From contig CAWHFW010000005.1 of the NCBI GenBank assembly GCA_963828735.1, positions 928,001 through 992,000 on the forward strand: a DNA stretch of 64,000 nucleotides, read 5' to 3'. Positions 58,386 to 64,000 of this stretch are shown here, in pieces. Under the pieces are notes generated by a model. The model did no database searches and was not told where the DNA came from. It was given only the letters and a program-made list of their open reading frames with translations. A program made the position numbers and the translations under genes. The first letter of the stretch is position 1. Each line of letters starts with the position of its first letter. The DNA comes from an uncultured Gemmatimonadales bacterium (GTDB taxonomy: Bacteria; Gemmatimonadota; Gemmatimonadetes; Gemmatimonadales; GWC2-71-9).

Positions 58386-58922
58386 CTACCTGGCCAGCAG
58401 CTGCCTCCGCAGTTTCACCATCCTGCGCCGGACCGAGCCGTCGTGGATGCGCTCGCCGATGCGGACGATGGCGCCGCCCAGCAGCTCCGGGTCCACCGAG
58501 AACGACGGGATGACGTTCTTGCCGAGCTGCTCGCTCAGGGCCTCCGCGATACTGCGTTGGGTGGCCTCATCGGCGGGGCGGGCCAGGGTGACGCCGGCGC
58601 GCACCCGGTCGAGCTTGATGTCGAGGAGCTTGTGGTATTCGGTCGCGATCTCTCGCAGCAGCCCCTGGCGGTTGCGTCGGACGAGCGCCTGGAGGAAGAG
58701 CACGAATTCCCGCCGGACACCCTGAAGCGACGCTGCGAGAAGGCGCGCCTTCTCGGCCTTCGGCACCCGGGGCGACATCAGGACTGCCTGCACCGCTGGT
58801 GTCGTCTCCACCGCGGAGGCCACCGCGTCGATCAGGTCCGCGTACGGGACCGTCTGCCCGCTCCGCTCGCCAAGGTCGAACAGCGTCTCGGCGTAGTTCC
58901 GGGCGATCGTCTCCGACCTCAC
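58386..58922 (-). CDS. atpH: ATP synthase F1 delta subunit
   Basis: IARNYAE.LF, VDPELLGG..VRIG...DGSV. Confidence 0.95.
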   Translation of the reverse strand: MRSETIARNYAETLFDLGERSGQTVPYADLIDAVASAVETTPAVQAVLMSPRVPKAEKARLLAASLQGVRREFVLFLQALVRRNRQGLLREIATEYHKLLDIKLDRVRAGVTLARPADEATQRSIAEALSEQLGKNVIPSFSVDPELLGGAIVRIGERIHDGSVRRRMVKLRRQLLAR

Positions 58923-59455
58923 CGCGCCGATTCCAGCGAGGCGAGGTAGTCGCTCACGATCTTCTTGTCGGTCTCGCTGTCGAGCCGCTTGCCGATCAGC
59001 TTCGACGCCGCGGCGAGCGACAGATCCACCGCCTCGCGCCGGAGGTCCGCCACGGCGCGGTCGCGCTCGCTGGTGATCTCACGCCGGGCGCGTTGCAGCA
59101 GATCCTCCTGCTCCTGCTTGGTCTTTTCCATCGCCACCGCCCGCTCCTTCTCCGCGACCTGGCGCGCTTCCACGAGGATCGCGTGGGCCTGCGCCTTGGC
59201 GTCGCCCACGAGCCGCTTGTGCTCCTCCAGCAGCTTGGCCGCCTCGGCCCGGTTCCGCTCGGCCTCCGCGAGCTGCCGCTCGAGCGCCTGCTCCCGCGCC
59301 TCGACCGCGCCGAGTACGGCGGGCCACGCGAACCGCTTGAGGATGGCGAGCAGCAGCAGGAAGACGACGATGGTCCAGAGCATCAGCCCGCCGTCCACGG
59401 TCAACGGACCCGGCGTGTGCTCTTCCTGAAGGGCCAGCAGTGTCACGTGCAGCAT
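58919..59455 (-). CDS. atpF: ATP synthase Fo subunit b
   Basis: WTIVVFLLLL.IL.RFAWP....EARE, long coiled coil. Confidence 0.95.
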   Translation of the reverse strand: MLHVTLLALQEEHTPGPLTVDGGLMLWTIVVFLLLLAILKRFAWPAVLGAVEAREQALERQLAEAERNRAEAAKLLEEHKRLVGDAKAQAHAILVEARQVAEKERAVAMEKTKQEQEDLLQRARREITSERDRAVADLRREAVDLSLAAASKLIGKRLDSETDKKIVSDYLASLESAR

Positions 59456-59533
59456 GTCGATCTCCGTATCCCCGTGACCTCGCCGCGAACCGGTCCGTCC
59501 CCGACGGACCGGTCCGGCGGCAGGCAGTTCGAG

Positions 59534-59812
59534 CTAGAACGTGATCTTGCCCTGGATCAGGAACGCGATCACGGCGACGAACAGCGCCACGCCTTCGACC
59601 AGCGCCGCGGCGATGATCATGGCCGTCTGGATCCGGGCCGTGGCCTCGGGCTGACGGGCGATGCCCTCGGTAGCGCGGCCGCCGATCTGGCCGATGCCGA
59701 TGCCGGCGCCTACCACGGCCAGGCCGGCCGCGAGACCCGCGCCGATGAGGCCGTAGCCCTTGTCCGCGCCGGCCGCTGCGGCGGCCTGCAACAGGGCGGT
59801 GATGTACAGCAT
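59534..59812 (-). CDS. atpE: ATP synthase Fo subunit c
   Basis: GAGIGIG, IARQPEA, ALVEG. Confidence 0.97.
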   Translation of the reverse strand: MLYITALLQAAAAAGADKGYGLIGAGLAAGLAVVGAGIGIGQIGGRATEGIARQPEATARIQTAMIIAAALVEGVALFVAVIAFLIQGKITF

Positions 59813-60019
59813 GTCGTGCTCCCCTTGCGTGAACGGGAGATCGAGAGTCGCTGGCGCGCGCCGTACGTGGATCGCCTCTCCCGGTGCGATCTCGCCACGG
59901 TGACCCGCCTTCGCCCTGGCTTCCGCCGGGCAGCGGGCATCACCCGCCGTTCGGCGGGCTACGGGGTCCGGAGCGGCGCGTGCGCTCGTCGCCCGGACGT
60001 CCTGCGATCCTTCGCCTGC

Positions 60020-60964
60020 CTAGTGCTCCGCCCGCATCAGGCCGATGAACACGCTCGTGAGCAGCGTGAACACGAACGCCTGCAGGAACGCCACGAACAG
60101 CTCGAGCAGCATGACGCCGGTCGCCAGCAGCGAGGCCCCGATCCCCACGGTGTAGCTCTTGAAGAGGAAGGTCAGGCCGATCAGCGCGAGCACCAGCACG
60201 TGTCCCGAGGTCATGTTGGCGAAGAGCCGCACCGCGAGAGCGAACGGCTTGGCCAGCTTGCCGATGAGCTCGATCGGCGTCATCACGGCCAGCAGGAGCA
60301 CCTTGAGCACGCTGCCGCCGATGCCGCCCGGCAGCCCGCTCGGCAGGTAGAAGATGGTCTTCAGGTACCCGGCGGTCCCGAGGGTCCGCATCCCGGTCAC
60401 CTCGATCACGATGAACGCCATCACCGCGAGCGCCGCCGTGACGGCGATGTTGCCGGTCGCGGTGGCACCGCCCGGGAGCAGGCCGAGCAGGTTCATCGCC
60501 AGGATGAAGAAGAACAGGGTCAACAGGTACGGGACGAACCCCTCGCCGTGATGACCCACGTTCGGCAGGATGACCTCCTGCCGGATGTAGAGAGCGGTGG
60601 CCTCCATGGCGCCGGGGAACCCCTTCGCCGGCCGGCCCGCCGCCTCCGCCCGCGCGATGGACCGCGCGCTCAGCACGAACACCAGCGCCACCAGCGTCGC
60701 CGCCAGCAGCATGAACACCAGGTGCTTGGTGGGGGAGAAGTCGAGCGTGAGCCCGCCGATGTGGACCGGGGGGACCCGGGGCAGCTCCACGGTCCCGAGG
60801 AGGGGCAGCTCGATATCGTGCGAGTTCCCGAGGTGATGGGTGATGTCGATCTGCGCAGGGGCGCCCTCGGGCGCGTGCTCCTGCGCCGACGCCGGCCGGG
60901 CGGCCGGCATCGCGAGCCCGAGCAGCATCGCCATCATCACGATCGTACGGACGAATCGCGTCAT
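60020..60964 (-). CDS. atpB: ATP synthase Fo subunit a, with N-terminal signal-like extension
   Basis: NLLGLLP, ATGN, KPFALAVRLFANM.SGH, ELFVAFLQAFVF. Confidence 0.95.
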   Translation of the reverse strand: MTRFVRTIVMMAMLLGLAMPAARPASAQEHAPEGAPAQIDITHHLGNSHDIELPLLGTVELPRVPPVHIGGLTLDFSPTKHLVFMLLAATLVALVFVLSARSIARAEAAGRPAKGFPGAMEATALYIRQEVILPNVGHHGEGFVPYLLTLFFFILAMNLLGLLPGGATATGNIAVTAALAVMAFIVIEVTGMRTLGTAGYLKTIFYLPSGLPGGIGGSVLKVLLLAVMTPIELIGKLAKPFALAVRLFANMTSGHVLVLALIGLTFLFKSYTVGIGASLLATGVMLLELFVAFLQAFVFTLLTSVFIGLMRAEH

Positions 60965-61329
60965 CACCGATCTTCCCGCGAGTGTTCTCGAAAAGCCGTG
61001 ACCCCCTCGACCGCGAGGAGCGCCACGAGGACTCCCACCATCGCGCCGAGCATCGGCCCGGCACGGCTGCCCATGGCCGGCTGGACGATCAGCCCGGTCA
61101 CGAGAACGGTCGTGAGGCGAGCCAGCATGCCCAGCGTCCACACCGCCATGAACCGGCTGGTCCCGACGCTCTGGATGGCCCACCAGCCGAGCGGCAGCTG
61201 GAGCACTACCCCGACCCCCACCCCCCACCAGTACGCCGCGCGATCGGCCGCGGGTACCAGGCCGGCCAGCGTCGCGGCGGCCACCGCAACCACTCCCACG
61301 CCCGCCAGGTAGCGGCGGCCCAGCGTCAT
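60964..61329 (-). CDS. atpI: ATP synthase protein I-like membrane protein
   Basis: Four hydrophobic segments, position between atpZ-like gene and atpB. Confidence 0.65.
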   Translation of the reverse strand: MTLGRRYLAGVGVVAVAAATLAGLVPAADRAAYWWGVGVGVVLQLPLGWWAIQSVGTSRFMAVWTLGMLARLTTVLVTGLIVQPAMGSRAGPMLGAMVGVLVALLAVEGVTAFREHSREDR

Positions 61330-61562
61330 GCGTCGCCGCCGCCATCCTTGCGGTTGAGCTGACGGATCAGCGAGTACAGGGTGCCGCCGAACCCCAGCAG
61401 CACCGCGGCGATGGTGACGATGCCATTGGCGCCGAGCTTCTTATCGGCCCATTGGCCGACCAGAACGAACACCACCAGACTGACCGCCAGCTGGATCCCC
61501 AATCCGGCGTAGCGCATCGGCCCGGGCTCGTTACCACCGCCATCAGGATCCGGGGCGTTCAC
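61326..61562 (-). CDS. AtpZ/AtpI family protein
   Basis: YAGLG..LA..VG.W.D..LG...G..LG. Confidence 0.85.
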   Translation of the reverse strand: MNAPDPDGGGNEPGPMRYAGLGIQLAVSLVVFVLVGQWADKKLGANGIVTIAAVLLGFGGTLYSLIRQLNRKDGGGDA

Positions 61563-61568
61563 GGCGCA

Positions 61569-61597
61569 AAGCTACCCGCTTGTGAAATTTGTCGCAA
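61569..61597 (-). promoter_or_regulatory. atp promoter overlapped by a Rex/CRP-like operator
   Basis: Minus strand TTGCGA-17 nt-TAGCTT-6 nt-GTG; plus strand TTGTGAA-ATTT-GTCGCAA at 61580-61597. Confidence 0.6.
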
Positions 61598-61786
61598 GCT
61601 CGGAAAGAGGCCGGAATTCGCCGCTGCCACCGCTTGCGGGAAGGCCAATATTGCACCGGGGTACCGCGACCGCGACCCTCCTCGGCCCTTTCCTTTTATG
61701 GAGGAGAGAAGCGAAACGATTCTGCCTTGGCTGGCGTCCATCCAATGAGCCGGGTAATCTCCACCAAGCCCTCACTCTGGATCCTG

Positions 61787-62812
<1,026 letters not shown>

Positions 62813-62846
62813 GACCGGGGACCTGGCGGCTCGTCTCCCGGAATGA

Positions 62847-62876
62847 CGAAGGCCCGGCCGATTGGCCGGGCCTTCG
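62847..62876. terminator. Hairpin between convergent genes
   Basis: CGAAGGCCCGGCC-GATT-GGCCGGGCCTTCG. Confidence 0.7.
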
Positions 62877-62897
62877 CGTACCTGGATTCGACCTCGA

Positions 62898-63959
62898 TCA
62901 GTTGATCGGCGTCACCAGGTCGTAGAAGACGTCCGCCGACCCCTGATAGAACCCGATGATGTTCTGGAGCGTCTGCTCCTCTTCGGGCGTCAGCGCCTGG
63001 CCGTCGGCGCCGGTGATGACCGGATCGCCGTCGGTCATGTTCACCATGGCGAACACGTCGCCATTCACTTTGACCGTCAGCGTCCCGCCGCTCACGCCGA
63101 AGCTCCCGATCAGGCGGACGTTGCCGTTCGGGCCGCTGATGACGAGATCGAGCGTGATCGTCGTCTCGGTGCTCGAGATGTTGGAGGATGTCGCGGTCCA
63201 GTCGAGCGAGAGGTGCCGAGACGGCACGTCGATATGGTAGTCGAGCGAGATCACCAGCTGCCCGTTGTTGTCGGTGATCGTGTTGTTCAGCTCGAAGTTG
63301 GCAATCGTTCCGCCGTTTGAGGCGAATCCGTCGATGAGGATGACGCCGCCCGTCGCAGTCGCGTGGCCGGACACGTTGTACTCCAGATACACCACGCCGC
63401 CCTCGACGACCTTGATGCCCACGTCGACGTTGCTGGCGGTGCTGTGGTCGGTGAGGTCGACGTAGCCCACCTCGACCAGTGGCTCGACCGGCTGGAGGAG
63501 CACCGGGTCGACCGCGTAGAGCTTGAACCGCACGCCCGAGCTGGGCGCGCCGGAGAGGTCCGAGACGACGTAGGCGTCGGAGCTCACATCCCACACGAAG
63601 GTCTTGCCGGCCAGGTTGGACGGAACCGTAGCAACCATCGCCTGGAGCGCGCCGCGTTGCGGCACGAGGGCGGCGAGCTCGCGGGCGTAGCGGCCGGCGC
63701 CGCCGGTCGCGCCGCGGACCGCGAGCGCCGAGCTCCTCACGACGGTCGACCCGTTCAGCGCAGCCGAGATGTCGCCGCCCAGCATCGCGAAGCTCGACAT
63801 CTGCTCCGTCGAGAAAGCCGCCTCGGCGGCCGACATGTCATCGGTCGTGCCCTGCGGGTCGAATTCGGCAGGGGCGCCGGAGTCCTTGGCGCATCCGGCG
63901 AGCGCCAGGGCGAGAACGGCAGCCACGACCGACCGCCTTGCGATATGCGTGACACGCAT
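62898..63959 (-). CDS. Hypothetical lipoprotein
   Basis: GGAGG SD, lipobox LAGC, acidic beta-rich body. Confidence 0.82.
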   Translation of the reverse strand: MRVTHIARRSVVAAVLALALAGCAKDSGAPAEFDPQGTTDDMSAAEAAFSTEQMSSFAMLGGDISAALNGSTVVRSSALAVRGATGGAGRYARELAALVPQRGALQAMVATVPSNLAGKTFVWDVSSDAYVVSDLSGAPSSGVRFKLYAVDPVLLQPVEPLVEVGYVDLTDHSTASNVDVGIKVVEGGVVYLEYNVSGHATATGGVILIDGFASNGGTIANFELNNTITDNNGQLVISLDYHIDVPSRHLSLDWTATSSNISSTETTITLDLVISGPNGNVRLIGSFGVSGGTLTVKVNGDVFAMVNMTDGDPVITGADGQALTPEEEQTLQNIIGFYQGSADVFYDLVTPIN

Positions 63960-64000
63960 GGGTATCCGCCTCCGTAGGGAGTTCCGAAACTGGTTTTGAA

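Overview
GC-rich bacterial chromosomal window; gene content and the style of the secreted proteins suggest Gemmatimonadota (inference). I found no rRNA, tRNA, CRISPR array or transposase. Housekeeping blocks: a DAP/lysine operon (M20-asd-lysC-dapB-dapA-dapD), etfB-etfA plus ETF:quinone oxidoreductase and glutaryl-CoA dehydrogenase, cstA-ybdD, isocitrate dehydrogenase, and only the Fo+delta half of the ATP synthase operon. Most notable: (1) an ECF sigma / anti-sigma / TonB-receptor operon whose non-FecR anti-sigma carries repeated CC-x-DxDGGG-xx-DD loops and an EF-hand-like loop, a candidate direct periplasmic metal (lanthanide or Ca) sensing and uptake system; (2) a sigma54-type promoter followed by an unannotated 41-aa ORF coupled to a PGM1-like ATP-grasp peptide ligase; (3) a complete promoter + yybP-ykoY (Mn2+) riboswitch + terminator ahead of htpX-terC; (4) twin AsnB-fold paralogs lacking the catalytic Cys and PP-loop serines. 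Window-wide patterns: leaderless-type -10 boxes, Gln at +1 of signal peptides, a REP-like hairpin family and a Rex-like operator on the atp promoter. All family calls come from motif recognition by eye; no database searches were run.
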